Below, piece after piece: positions 1-9,631 of a DNA stretch of 64,000 bases. The position numbers and the translations under genes are program-made. The notes under the pieces were generated by a model, which was not told the DNA's origin, made no database searches, and saw only the letters and a program-made list of their open reading frames with translations. Source of the DNA: an uncultured Chlamydiae bacterium (lineage in GTDB: Bacteria > Chlamydiota > Chlamydiia > Chlamydiales > SM23-39). The DNA is taken from the NCBI GenBank assembly GCA_963828125.1, contig CAWHDP010000002.1, positions 1,720,394 to 1,784,393 of the forward strand. Direction: 5' to 3'. Position 1 is the stretch's first letter. The number at the start of each line of letters is the position of its first letter.

Positions 1-987
1 GATCGAGTCTAAAACCTGTCGGATCGCGTAGGTAAAAATCAGGTCGGCCCCGGCCCTTTTAATGCTTAAAAGGGCCTCATAGAAGACTTTTTCGGCGTCG
101 AGCCATCCAGCTTGGTGGGCTGCCATGACCATCGCGTATTCGCCGCTTACGTGATAGGCGGCGATGGGTCTTTTGGTTTGCTCTCTTAAGCTTGCAATCA
201 CATCGAGATAGAGCGTTGCTGGTTTGACCATCAAGATATCGGCCCCCTCCTCCTCGTCAAGCGCTGCCTCAAAAAGAGCTTCGCGGGCATTGGCTGGATC
301 CATCTGATACGTTTTTTTATCCCCAAATTGGAGCTGCACCTGCAAAGCCTGCCGAAAAGGGCCGTAGAGGGCCGAGGCATATTTGGCGCTATAGGCAAGA
401 ATCCCGACCCGCTCAAAGCCCCCTTCATCGAGCGCCTCTCGGATTGCCCCCACCCGCCCGTCCATCATATCGCTTGGGGCGACAAAGTCGACGCCTGCCC
501 TCGCCTGCATCAGCGACATTTCTACTAGCCGCCCGATGGTCGGATCGTTTAGAATATCCCCCTGACCATTTGCGATCCCATCGTGTCCATGCGACGTGAA
601 CGGATCGAGAGCCACATCGGCGATCACGCAGAGACTAGGGAGGGCAAATTTGATTTCCCGAATCGCTCGGGCGAGCAACCCATCTGGGTTGGCAGACTCT
701 TCTCCTCCTGGGCTTTTCAACCCTCCTGCGATGACAGGGAAGAGGGCGATTGCCTGAACGCCCCTTTCGTGCAATTCTTTGGCTTCTTTGAGAGCGAGAT
801 CGACAGAGAGCCGCTCCGTTCCTGGCATGCTCCGGATCGCCTCCCGCCTCTTCTCTCCTTCAATCACAAAAAGGGGAGCGACCAAATCGTGCGGATGCAA
901 ATGGGTCTCTCTAACCATATTGCGAATCGCTGCCGATTGCCGATTCCGCCGCAATCGGATTGGCAGATGTAAAATTTCTCTTTCCAT
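1..987 (-). CDS. hemB: porphobilinogen synthase (delta-aminolevulinate dehydratase); C-terminal end runs off the window
   Basis: Absent from the ORF track because there is no stop in the window. My translation of the reverse strand from the ATG at 985-987 reads MEREILHLPIRLRRNRQSAAIRNMV...VIADVALDPFTSHGHDG...ILMVKPATLYLD...AYHVSGEYAM. The frame stays open to nt 1. The metal motif is Asp-rich (non-Zn type). Confidence 0.85.
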   Translation of the reverse strand, partial: MEREILHLPIRLRRNRQSAAIRNMVRETHLHPHDLVAPLFVIEGEKRREAIRSMPGTERLSVDLALKEAKELHERGVQAIALFPVIAGGLKSPGGEESANPDGLLARAIREIKFALPSLCVIADVALDPFTSHGHDGIANGQGDILNDPTIGRLVEMSLMQARAGVDFVAPSDMMDGRVGAIREALDEGGFERVGILAYSAKYASALYGPFRQALQVQLQFGDKKTYQMDPANAREALFEAALDEEEGADILMVKPATLYLDVIASLREQTKRPIAAYHVSGEYAMVMAAHQAGWLDAEKVFYEALLSIKRAGADLIFTYAIRQVLDSI

Positions 988-1146
988 GTATATCCTCGTC
1001 CGAGTTTGCGAATTATTTTTGGCGATCTGACGCAATCTGATAGTTCGTAAACTCGGGCTAGATATTAGGATCTGGTCTCATTGCCGTCAAATCATCTTGA
1101 TTTCTCTGAGAGATTCTGGGAAACTGTAGATTTTTAAGGGGTTTAA

Positions 1147-2769
1147 ATGCTGCAAGAGGAATTTACCGAGAATCAAATCAAAATCCTCGAACGTTTCGTC
1201 ACGAGCGCCACGGGTAGTGTTTTTGTCCTCCGGAATCTTCCTGAAGTGATTAAAGGGGCCCTTTTTTCCCGCTATTCTCGATCAACCCTTGGATTGAGGA
1301 GTCTTCTTTTAAAAGAATTCATCCTCAATCAAGATACCGCTTTTTCCTCCATTGTCGAGACATGCGAGGCGTCGAGCGGGAACCAAATAACGGCCATTCA
1401 AAAAGCGCAGAATTTTTACGACCGGATCCTCGACGGCTACGGAGACGATTCGATCGGGGAACTAGGCGGCGCCCACCTCGCGATTGAAAATGTTTCGATG
1501 CTCGCCGCCAAAGAGATCGAAGACTGCCGGATCGGCGGCTCCCCGCTTGAGAAATCGACTCGCTACATCTATTTCGATCAAAAAGTGGACGGGGAGTATC
1601 TTTTTTTTCGAGAGCCTATCTTGATGACTTCGGCCTACAAAGAGCTTTACCTAGACATTTGCAATCATCTCTTTGACGTCTATAGCCAGCTGATTCCTCC
1701 CCTCACTGCGGTGATCGAGCAGGGCTTTCCGAAAGATCCGGCCACCCCCAAGTCGGCCTATACCGCTGCGCTCAGGGCCAAAGTGCTCGATTGCCTCCGG
1801 GGCCTTCTCCCTGCAGGCGCCATGACGAATATGGGTATTTACGGCAACGGCCGTTTTTATGAGACGCTTCTCCAAAAACTGGGCGCCCACAACCTTGCCG
1901 AAATGCAAGAAATTGGCAAAAAATCCTCACAAGAACTGGCCAAAGTGATCCCTTCGTTCATCCGGAGAGCCGACCCGGCCCATCGTCACTATCAGTCGTA
2001 CGCTCAGTTTTCCGAGAGCGTCCAGAGCGATCTCCGGCAATTTGCCGCCAGCCACGCCCAGCACATCGCTCCGATGGAAAAACCGGGGGTTCGCCTCATC
2101 CACTACGACAAAAATGGGCCTGCCAAAGTCGGCGGCGCCCTTCTATTCAGCTCCACCTCTGGCTCGCTGCAGGGGTTACAAGAGAGTTGCGCCCACCTTC
2201 CCGATGAAGAGCTAGCCCGCCTCCTTGAAATCGCAAGCTCTCTTCGCGAAAATCGGCGCCATAAATCGCCCCGCGCCCTGGAGCACGCGAACTTTACCTT
2301 TGAAATTCTAGCCGATTTTGGGGTTTACCGCGATCTCCATCGACACAGGATGTTGACTCAAGAACGGCAGCTTCTCTCCTGCGAATACGGTTACTATACC
2401 CCCCCAGAAATCGTCGGCACCGACATGGAAGGCGCTTACATCGAAGCGATGGAACGGGCCCAATTGGCCTTTGACGCCATTGCCTCGGAACTTCCTGAAG
2501 AGGCTCAGTATATCGTCCCCATGGCCTACAACGTCCATTGGTATTTCCAGATCAACCTCCGCTCCCTGCAGTGGCTGTGCGAGCTCCGCTCTCAGCCCGC
2601 CGGACACCCCACTTACCGACTCATCGCCCAAGAGATGGCTCGCCAAGTCAGCCTCGCTCTACCATCCTTTGAGCGGTTCTTTAAATTTGTCGATTTTGAA
2701 GGGTACGAACTCGGCAGATTGGGGGCCGAAGTCCGACAAGAAGAAAAGCTGAAAACGCGCGCCCCATGA
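1147..2769 (+). CDS. thyX: flavin-dependent thymidylate synthase, long (chlamydial-type) ThyX
   Basis: 540 aa. Contains SRYSRS and RDLHRHRMLTQERQ (RHR ThyX motif) and NLRSLQWLCELRSQPAGHPTYRLIAQEM. ATGA overlap with the next gene. Confidence 0.7.
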   Translation: MLQEEFTENQIKILERFVTSATGSVFVLRNLPEVIKGALFSRYSRSTLGLRSLLLKEFILNQDTAFSSIVETCEASSGNQITAIQKAQNFYDRILDGYGDDSIGELGGAHLAIENVSMLAAKEIEDCRIGGSPLEKSTRYIYFDQKVDGEYLFFREPILMTSAYKELYLDICNHLFDVYSQLIPPLTAVIEQGFPKDPATPKSAYTAALRAKVLDCLRGLLPAGAMTNMGIYGNGRFYETLLQKLGAHNLAEMQEIGKKSSQELAKVIPSFIRRADPAHRHYQSYAQFSESVQSDLRQFAASHAQHIAPMEKPGVRLIHYDKNGPAKVGGALLFSSTSGSLQGLQESCAHLPDEELARLLEIASSLRENRRHKSPRALEHANFTFEILADFGVYRDLHRHRMLTQERQLLSCEYGYYTPPEIVGTDMEGAYIEAMERAQLAFDAIASELPEEAQYIVPMAYNVHWYFQINLRSLQWLCELRSQPAGHPTYRLIAQEMARQVSLALPSFERFFKFVDFEGYELGRLGAEVRQEEKLKTRAP

Positions 2770-3953
2770 AAAACGCCTCTACGCTCTCCGGCAGCATCCT
2801 CCTGGTTGCAGGCAGCTGCATCGGCGCCGGCATGCTGGCCCTCCCCATCCTCACCGGCCTCTCCGGTTTTTTCCCCTCGCTCTCCATGCTCCTCCTCGCC
2901 TGGGGCTTCATGACCTTCACCGGCCTTCTCCTCATTGAAATCAACGGTAGGTTCAAAACCCAAGTCAATCTCGTCACCATGGCCAAAGAATCGCTCGGCC
3001 GCAAAGGAGAATTAGCCGCCTGGATCTCCTATCTTTTCCTCTTCTATTCCCTCCTCGTCGCCTATACTGCAGCCAGCGGGACGATCTTCTCCGCCATCCT
3101 CGACTCGCTCTTCGGCCTCCTCCTCCCGCCGCCTGCCGCCTCCCTCTTTTTCACCGTCCTCTTTGGCTACATCATCTATCTCGGCACTCGGCCCGTCGAT
3201 CTATTCAACCGCTTTCTCATGGCAGGCCTCATCCTCTCTTACCTTGGGATGATCCTCTTCGGCCTTACCTGCATTGATCCTCAGCTCCTCCTCCACTCAG
3301 CCCCCGAAATGGCCCTCCTCTCTCTCCCCGTCCTCGTCGTCTCGTTCGGCTTTCAGAATATGATCCCAAGCCTCACCGCCTATCTCCACGGCGAGCTTAA
3401 AAAGGTGCGCCTCGCGATCCTCGGCGGCAGCCTCCTCACCCTCCTTATTTATCTCATCTGGTCTCTCCTCGTCCTCGGCATTGTCGAGCCTTCCGCCATT
3501 GAACAAAGTTATGCCAATGGAGAAGAAGCCACCATTCCCCTTGCAGCCGCCCTCGGCGCCTCTGCCATCAGCCGCTTCGCCCAGAGCTTTGCTCTCTTTG
3601 CCATTATCACCTCTTTTCTCGCCCAAGGACTCACTCTGGCCCACTTCCTCGCCGACGGCCTCAAGAAACAGCCCACCCGCAAAAATCTCGCCTGGCTCAC
3701 CCCCCTCGCCCTCGCGCCCCCCCTCTTTCTCTCCCTCTACAATCCCCATATTTTTTTCCGCGCCCTCAGTTTTGCCGGCGGCGTCTGCGCCATGATCCTC
3801 TTCGGCCTCCTCCCCATCGCCATGGCTTGGGTCGGCCGCTATATTCGGAAACACCCATCCCATTACCACGCCCCCGGAGGCAAGATAGCGCTCCTCGCCG
3901 CCCTCCTCTTCACCCTTCTCGTCATCGGCTGCGAAATCAGTCGCTTTTTTTAA
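2766..3953 (+). CDS. tyrP: aromatic amino acid (Tyr/Trp) permease, HAAAP family
   Basis: 395 aa polytopic membrane protein. The N-terminal GSILLVAGSCIGAGMLALP matches the Trp/Tyr permease family signature. Confidence 0.65.
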   Translation: MKNASTLSGSILLVAGSCIGAGMLALPILTGLSGFFPSLSMLLLAWGFMTFTGLLLIEINGRFKTQVNLVTMAKESLGRKGELAAWISYLFLFYSLLVAYTAASGTIFSAILDSLFGLLLPPPAASLFFTVLFGYIIYLGTRPVDLFNRFLMAGLILSYLGMILFGLTCIDPQLLLHSAPEMALLSLPVLVVSFGFQNMIPSLTAYLHGELKKVRLAILGGSLLTLLIYLIWSLLVLGIVEPSAIEQSYANGEEATIPLAAALGASAISRFAQSFALFAIITSFLAQGLTLAHFLADGLKKQPTRKNLAWLTPLALAPPLFLSLYNPHIFFRALSFAGGVCAMILFGLLPIAMAWVGRYIRKHPSHYHAPGGKIALLAALLFTLLVIGCEISRFF

Positions 3954-4030
3954 CCACATGAGCATATCTTTAGATAGAACATAAAATCTTTATATGACAT
4001 CATGTCCACTTACTTTACAGGAGGTGGGCT

Positions 4031-4144
4031 ATGGGTAAATTTATAGGACTGAACGATCAAGAATGGGCTGTTGTAGAGCCATTCATACCCTATAAATGGG
4101 GGATTACTTTCAGAGGTAAGCAACCGCTTCATCCAATTTTGTAA
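4031..4144 (+). pseudogene. IS4/IS5-type transposase N-terminal remnant (37 codons)
   Basis: MGKFIGLNDQEWAVVEPFIPYKWGITFRGKQPLHPIL* resembles the L-x-D-x-x-W-x-x-I/V-x-P-x-x-P...RG+P N-terminus of IS5-like transposases. No DDE domain follows. The flanks are AT-rich. Confidence 0.45.
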
Positions 4145-4296
4145 GATTTATTCTGAAAAAGCCGCCCAACGAACATTGAGTAAAAAAATTTTTAGCCGTG
4201 GCCGCATGCGTATCAGCGCTGATTTATCCAATGGCCGCAAGCCGATTTTTTCCGAATCCATAGCCAAATGGGGCGTCACTGTGGCAAAATGGCCCC

Positions 4297-6288
4297 ATGT
4301 TCAAGCTAAAATCAGATTATAGGCCGATGGGCGATCAGCCTGAGGCGATCGAGCGGTTGGTGTCGGGGGTTCAGTCGGGCAAAAAATCGCAGGTTCTCCT
4401 TGGCATCACTGGCTCTGGCAAGACCTTTACGATGGCGAACGTGATCCAGCAATCGGGGAAACCTGCCCTGATTCTCGCCCACAATAAAACCTTGGCGGCT
4501 CAGCTTTATCAAGAATTCAAGGGCTTTTTCCCCGATAATGCTGTCGAATATTTCGTCTCCTACTACGATTACTACCAGCCCGAGGCCTATATTGCCCGCA
4601 CCGATACCTATATCGAGAAAGACCTTGCGATCAATGATCGGATCGAGAAAATGCGCCTCAGCGCCACCCGTTCGCTGATTGAGAGGCCCGACGTCATCAT
4701 CGTCTCCTCGGTCTCCTGCATCTATGGCCTCGGAAGCCCAGAGTATTATAGCCAGATGCTCCTCAATCTCGCTGTGGCTCAAACAGTCCGCCGGGACGAC
4801 GTCCTTCTCCATCTTGTCGAGCTCCACTATGAGCGGAGCGACTATGATTTGGCTCGAGCGACTTTCCGCGCCCGCGGCGACGTTTTGGAGATCGTCCCCG
4901 CCTATGAGGATGATCTCGCCTACCGGATTGAGTTTTTTGGCGACGAAATTGAGCGGATTAGCGAAATCGATCCACTGACTGGCAAGGTCCGCAAAAGGTT
5001 GGATAAAATCACGATTTTCCCCGGCTCGCACTATGTCACCCCAGAAAACATCCGCTATCAAGCGATGACCACGATCCGTCAAGAACTGGCGGAACGGATC
5101 GAGACTTTCCAAAAAGAGAACCGGCTCATCGAAGCCCAACGGATCAAAGAGAGGACGAATTACGATCTCGAGATGATTCGGGAGATCGGCTATTGTAAAG
5201 GGGTTGAGAATTACTCGCGCCACTTCAGTCAAAGGCTCTCCGGGGCCCCGCCCCCGTGCCTCATCGACTATTTTCCTGAGGAGTTCCTCTTTTTCATCGA
5301 CGAATCGCACCAGACTCTCCCCCAGCTCCATGCAATGTACAATGGCGATCGATCCCGTAAACAAGCCCTCATCGAGTTTGGTTTTCGGCTCCCCTCCGCC
5401 TTTGACAACCGACCCCTCAAGTTCGAAGAGACCTACGCCAAGTTCAAGCAGGTGGTCTACGTCTCCGCTACGCCTGGCCAATGGGAAGTCGAACAGGCCG
5501 AAGGGGACGTCATCGAGCAAATCATCCGCCCTACCGGTCTCCTCGATCCTGAAATCGAACTCCGCCCTGCTACGGATCAGGTCGATGATTGTCTCGACGA
5601 GATCCGGAAGGAGACCGAGCTCGGCGGACGGGTCTTGGTGACGACTTTGACCAAAAAATTGTCTGAAGATCTCTCCAAATACCTCAATGAAATTGGGGTC
5701 AAAGCGAAGTACCTCCATTCCGACATCGATACTTTGGAACGGATGCAGATTTTAAAATCGCTTCGACTCGGCCAGTTCGATGTTCTCGTCGGGATCAATC
5801 TCCTGAGAGAGGGGCTCGATCTTCCCGAAGTGTCATTGGTCGTCATCCTCGACGCCGATAAGGAGGGGTTCCTCCGCTCTGAGACGGCGCTGATCCAGAC
5901 CTGCGGCAGGGCGGCCCGGAACGTCCGAGGAAGAGTCATTTTATACGCCGATAAAAAGACTCAGGCGATTCAAAGAACGGTGGAAATTACAAGAGAGCGA
6001 AGAGCCCACCAAGAAGCGTACAATCAAGCGCATGGCATTATCCCAAAGAGTACGAAGCGGGGCGAAATCGCCTCCCTCGACGAGACCTTTGGCTTTGCTG
6101 AAGAGACTCCTAAGCCGCTCAAAAAAGAGGAGGAGGCGGAGATCCCCGACCTCGAATCTAAAATCAAAGAGTGCGAGATCGAGATGAGACGGGCTGCCAA
6201 AGAGCTCCGGTTCGAAGACGCCGCCCGCGCCCGCGATTTGATGCGCTATTACCAAAATCTCGAGATGCTGAAAGTCGACAAGGATTGA
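4297..6288 (+). CDS. uvrB: excinuclease ABC subunit B
   Basis: 663 aa. Walker [13 protein letters not shown], helicase motifs, and a C-terminal UVR motif ([11 protein letters not shown]). Confidence 0.95.
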   Translation: MFKLKSDYRPMGDQPEAIERLVSGVQSGKKSQVLLGITGSGKTFTMANVIQQSGKPALILAHNKTLAAQLYQEFKGFFPDNAVEYFVSYYDYYQPEAYIARTDTYIEKDLAINDRIEKMRLSATRSLIERPDVIIVSSVSCIYGLGSPEYYSQMLLNLAVAQTVRRDDVLLHLVELHYERSDYDLARATFRARGDVLEIVPAYEDDLAYRIEFFGDEIERISEIDPLTGKVRKRLDKITIFPGSHYVTPENIRYQAMTTIRQELAERIETFQKENRLIEAQRIKERTNYDLEMIREIGYCKGVENYSRHFSQRLSGAPPPCLIDYFPEEFLFFIDESHQTLPQLHAMYNGDRSRKQALIEFGFRLPSAFDNRPLKFEETYAKFKQVVYVSATPGQWEVEQAEGDVIEQIIRPTGLLDPEIELRPATDQVDDCLDEIRKETELGGRVLVTTLTKKLSEDLSKYLNEIGVKAKYLHSDIDTLERMQILKSLRLGQFDVLVGINLLREGLDLPEVSLVVILDADKEGFLRSETALIQTCGRAARNVRGRVILYADKKTQAIQRTVEITRERRAHQEAYNQAHGIIPKSTKRGEIASLDETFGFAEETPKPLKKEEEAEIPDLESKIKECEIEMRRAAKELRFEDAARARDLMRYYQNLEMLKVDKD

Positions 6289-8154
6289 ATGAAAACTTTC
6301 CAAACGGTTAAACGGGTCTTGAGGCTGCCTCCTCATATCGTCCTCCAAAAAATAGTCCGTAAACTCACAAATGCCTATAGGACCCAAAAAAAAAGATATC
6401 TCGATCAAAGATTCCCCACGTACGCCCGCCACTGTCCCGCTGATCGGCTCCGCCGGTTCGTCAAAAAAATTCCCCCTCCCGCTTTGGCCCCCCATCTCAA
6501 TGGCCATACTCTCAATCACGAATTCAATTTGCTCGGCTCGGGATGGGTCAAGGTCTTTCATGGAATGGCGTGCAAAGGAATCGACCCCGTTAATCAACAA
6601 AATGTCCCTGAATCGGATCGGATTCGGAGCCTCATCAAAGAACCGTATCTGCCGATCGATTGGCAAATTGACTTTAAGTCGGGTTATCGGTGGAGCGCAC
6701 AAACGTGGAGTCAAGATATTCAATATGGAAATCAACGGAGCGCTGATGTGAAGCTCCCTTGGGAGCTATCCCGCATGCAGCACCTCACTCTACTTGCCTG
6801 GGGCTACGCAGCCGAGAACCGCTCAATCTATCTAGATGAATTCCAGAACCAAATTCTCGACTTCATCGCCTCCAACCCGCCGAGATACGGAGTCAATTGG
6901 TCTTGTACCATGGATGTGGGAATCCGGATTGCAAACTGGCTGATTGCTTACGATCTCTTCGCCGCCCATGGAGCCCCCTTGGATCCATCTTTTGAACAAG
7001 TATTCTTCCGCAGCGTCTATGAGCATGGACATCATATTCGCCATCATCTCGAATGGGATCCCTATCTCCGCTCGAATCATTATCTCGCCAACATCGCTGG
7101 ACTCCTCTTCGCCGCAGCCTACCTGGCAATCGATTCCTGGTTCGATTTTGCTCTCCGCGAACTCATCCGTGAAGTCCTGACCCAATTTCACTCAGACGGG
7201 GGCAATTTTGAGGCCTCGAGCTGTTACCACAGGCTTTCGGCGGAGATGGTTGTCTACGCAACAGCCCTCGCCCTAGATCGGGGGGCCCTCTTTCCAAAAG
7301 AGTACCTCGACCGGCTTGAAAAAATGGGAGACTTCATCCGAGACACGACCAAACCAGATGGGACCATTGTCCAATGCGGAGATAACGATAGCGGCCGGTT
7401 TATTAAGATTTTTCCCGACGCCCATTTGCTCAGCGCCCTGCGGGATGTGAAGGGTCTTTCTTCTGTGATTGAATCGCAATTCATGAATAATAAAGAGGAT
7501 GCAAAATCTGGGGCCTATCCACATTTTGGTTTATATATTGAGAATAGGGATCCATGGTACGTGGCCATCCGCTGCGGTGCTGTCGGGCAAAAAGGGAACG
7601 GAGGGCACGCCCATAACGACCAGCTCTCCTTTGAACTATCGGTGCATGGCGTATCTATGCTCATTGATCCGGGCACTTATGTCTACACGCCGCTTCCCGA
7701 GGCAAGGAGATATTTTCGCTCAACTGCCATGCACAATACATTAGCGGCAGGGGAACAGAATCCGAATGAGGAGCTATTCCGCCTCCCTGACCGGGCCAAA
7801 GGGAGGGTTCTCCAATTTGGCCCTGGAATTTTTATTGGGGAGCATGAGGGGTTTGGAAAGATCCATCAGAGGGAGCTGAGAATCAAAGGCGACCGGATTG
7901 AGGGAATCGATACGTTCGACGGTATGGCTGAAATTTATTTTCATTTTGCGCCGGGATGGATCGGTACACAGATAGATGACAGGAGGGTAGAATGGGTTTT
8001 TGAGACGATTCGAGTCCATTTTTACACAGATCAGGGCGCCTGGAAATGCACGCAAAGCGAATACTCGAGCGCCTATGGTGAAAAAAAATTGAGTCCTCTG
8101 CTTATTTTGACTGGAGCCTGTCAATCGACGTCATGGCGAATTTCTATATATTAA
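6289..8154 (+). CDS. heparinase II/III-like (polysaccharide lyase-like) family protein
   Basis: 621 aa. Motifs LPWELSRMQHLTLLAWGY, NPPRYGVNWSCTMDVGIRIANW, SNHYLANIAGL and GGHAHNDQLSFEL match the pattern I recall for this family. The ATG abuts the uvrB TGA. Confidence 0.6.
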   Translation: MKTFQTVKRVLRLPPHIVLQKIVRKLTNAYRTQKKRYLDQRFPTYARHCPADRLRRFVKKIPPPALAPHLNGHTLNHEFNLLGSGWVKVFHGMACKGIDPVNQQNVPESDRIRSLIKEPYLPIDWQIDFKSGYRWSAQTWSQDIQYGNQRSADVKLPWELSRMQHLTLLAWGYAAENRSIYLDEFQNQILDFIASNPPRYGVNWSCTMDVGIRIANWLIAYDLFAAHGAPLDPSFEQVFFRSVYEHGHHIRHHLEWDPYLRSNHYLANIAGLLFAAAYLAIDSWFDFALRELIREVLTQFHSDGGNFEASSCYHRLSAEMVVYATALALDRGALFPKEYLDRLEKMGDFIRDTTKPDGTIVQCGDNDSGRFIKIFPDAHLLSALRDVKGLSSVIESQFMNNKEDAKSGAYPHFGLYIENRDPWYVAIRCGAVGQKGNGGHAHNDQLSFELSVHGVSMLIDPGTYVYTPLPEARRYFRSTAMHNTLAAGEQNPNEELFRLPDRAKGRVLQFGPGIFIGEHEGFGKIHQRELRIKGDRIEGIDTFDGMAEIYFHFAPGWIGTQIDDRRVEWVFETIRVHFYTDQGAWKCTQSEYSSAYGEKKLSPLLILTGACQSTSWRISIY

Positions 8155-8190
8155 GGGGTCGTCCAATGTCCAGCTTTAATCGGTTTGCGT

Positions 8191-8517
8191 TTATTGAACT
8201 CTTCGTTCGATGGGCCTTTGGGAAAAGCGCCAATCGGATTTCCCGATCTGTTCCGTGAGCAAAGTAAACAATCCGGCGCCCCCAAAAAAAGCGCTGAAGG
8301 TTTTATCCCCGCCGAAATAAGAGAGCACTCCGAATAGACCTAGGGCACAGCCTAATTTCGATATGTCGCTTAACTCATCGAAGATCTCATTTGATATGTC
8401 AGCCACCCCTTTTGCTAATTTGGTGAGGGTTGAACCCATACCTTTCAGCGGTGCATTCCATGTAAATGTACGCGTACAAAATTCACACTTTTGGGGTGGC
8501 TTCTGTATAATTTGCAT
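8191..8517 (-). CDS. small hypothetical Gly-rich membrane protein
   Basis: 108 aa. AGGAGA lies 6 nt before the ATG. Hydrophobic, Gly-rich core (GCALGLFGVLSYFGG...FFGGAGLF). The first ~12 codons lie inside a degenerate family-B repeat half. Confidence 0.3.
   Translation of the reverse strand: MQIIQKPPQKCEFCTRTFTWNAPLKGMGSTLTKLAKGVADISNEIFDELSDISKLGCALGLFGVLSYFGGDKTFSAFFGGAGLFTLLTEQIGKSDWRFSQRPIERRVQ
8478..8509. repeat. degenerate half copy of the family-B palindromic element (B6)
   Basis: aaattcacacttttggggtggcTTctgtata compared with the B arm aaatacacttttggggtggccgcagtata. Confidence 0.5.
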
Positions 8518-8584
8518 GATCGTTCTCCTGCTATCAAAAAAATCAAGGGACAGTGTGCCATATTAGCAGGTTGCGGGCAAGAGC

Positions 8585-9631
8585 CTAGCCCGAGTTTACA
8601 AGTGATTTGAGAGTGTACAATGAACAAAGAAGCTCGCATCCTGTTTCGGTGACTACCACCATGTCTTCCATCCGCACTCCGCCAACTCCTGGTTGATACA
8701 AACCGGGTTCAATGGTAAAAACCATGCCGGTTTGAAGCGCCACGTCCTTGTCCTCCCCATTCCATCGGATGCGGGGAAATTCGTGTGTCTCTAGTCCAAT
8801 CCCATGTCCTAAACTGTGCATGTAAAGCGGCTTTACATTGGCTTTGTCGAATAGATCTTGGACGATTTGGTCGAGTGTTCCGACTTTGACGCCCGGTTTG
8901 ATGTGAGCGATGGCTTGGGCTTGCGCCTCTTTGACGAGTGTTGCGAAATGGACGATGCGCGGATCGGGCGAACCGAAGTGAAAAATGCGGGTGAGATCGC
9001 CATGGTATTGTTCGACGACGGCGCCGACGTCGATCAGGACGGTTTGTCCTTTTTTCAAGCGGCTTTTGCCGGCTCTATAATGTGGATAGGCCCCATTTTC
9101 TCCAAATGCAATGATCGGTTCGAAAGAGAGGCCTGAGGCTCCGTGTTTACGGCAGAAGAGCTCGAATTCGAGGGCGAGTTCCTCTTCGCTAACTCCTTCT
9201 CTCAGATTCTCCATCACTTTTTCGCACCCTCGCAGAGTCAATTGAGCGGCTTTTTTCAACGCCTCGATCTCTTTCGGTTCTTTCACTGCGCGGAGTTGTT
9301 TCACTGGATTCGGTCTTGGTATCCACTCCATGTCGGGGAACTCTTTTTGCAGTCCCAAGTATCCGTCATATGTCACAAAGGCGCTATCAAAGCCGCACTT
9401 TTTTTCTCCCCTTTTTTTCTGCTCATCCCAGAGTAAAACCGGGCAAGGGGCCTCTTTTCTCGCCCGTTCATAATATCTCCCATCGACAAAGAGGATCGCT
9501 TCATCTTCCAGAATCAATAGGCGTCCTTTAGAGAGGGACATGCCGGTTAAATAGAGGAGATCGGAGGGTTGTTCAATGAGACAAGGGGTATCTTGCTGCT
9601 GGCACAATTTTTGAATGCGTGTATTATCCAT
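8585..9631 (-). CDS. pepP: Xaa-Pro aminopeptidase, M24 family
   Basis: 348 aa. Motifs DVGAVVEQYHGDLTR, HSLGHGIGLETHEFP, FTIEPGLY and VRMEDMVVV. Its start overlaps the mutL stop by 8 nt. Confidence 0.8.
   Translation of the reverse strand: MDNTRIQKLCQQQDTPCLIEQPSDLLYLTGMSLSKGRLLILEDEAILFVDGRYYERARKEAPCPVLLWDEQKKRGEKKCGFDSAFVTYDGYLGLQKEFPDMEWIPRPNPVKQLRAVKEPKEIEALKKAAQLTLRGCEKVMENLREGVSEEELALEFELFCRKHGASGLSFEPIIAFGENGAYPHYRAGKSRLKKGQTVLIDVGAVVEQYHGDLTRIFHFGSPDPRIVHFATLVKEAQAQAIAHIKPGVKVGTLDQIVQDLFDKANVKPLYMHSLGHGIGLETHEFPRIRWNGEDKDVALQTGMVFTIEPGLYQPGVGGVRMEDMVVVTETGCELLCSLYTLKSLVNSG

Noticed and set aside
1047-1061. The 15-mer gtaaactcgggctag is shared between the hemB-thyX intergenic region and the 3' end of pepP (8585-8599, opposite strand). 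In addition, tagcccgca at 42192 overlaps the stop of the 314-aa gene. Both might be degenerate family-A termini.
   Set aside because: They are too short and too diverged from the A terminus (gagaaatgcgggcta) to call without genome-wide statistics.
4312-5718. Long antisense or overlapping ORFs in the six-frame track. Examples: 468 aa antisense to uvrB, 280 aa (30782..31624) antisense to groEL, 222 aa (3297..3965) antisense to tyrP, 184 aa (12043..12597), 264 aa (5941..6735), and 211 aa (32674..33309).
   Set aside because: Each lies opposite a gene with clear family motifs and has low-complexity, Arg/Gly/Pro-rich translations typical of open antisense frames in GC-rich DNA. None has an RBS or recognisable motif.
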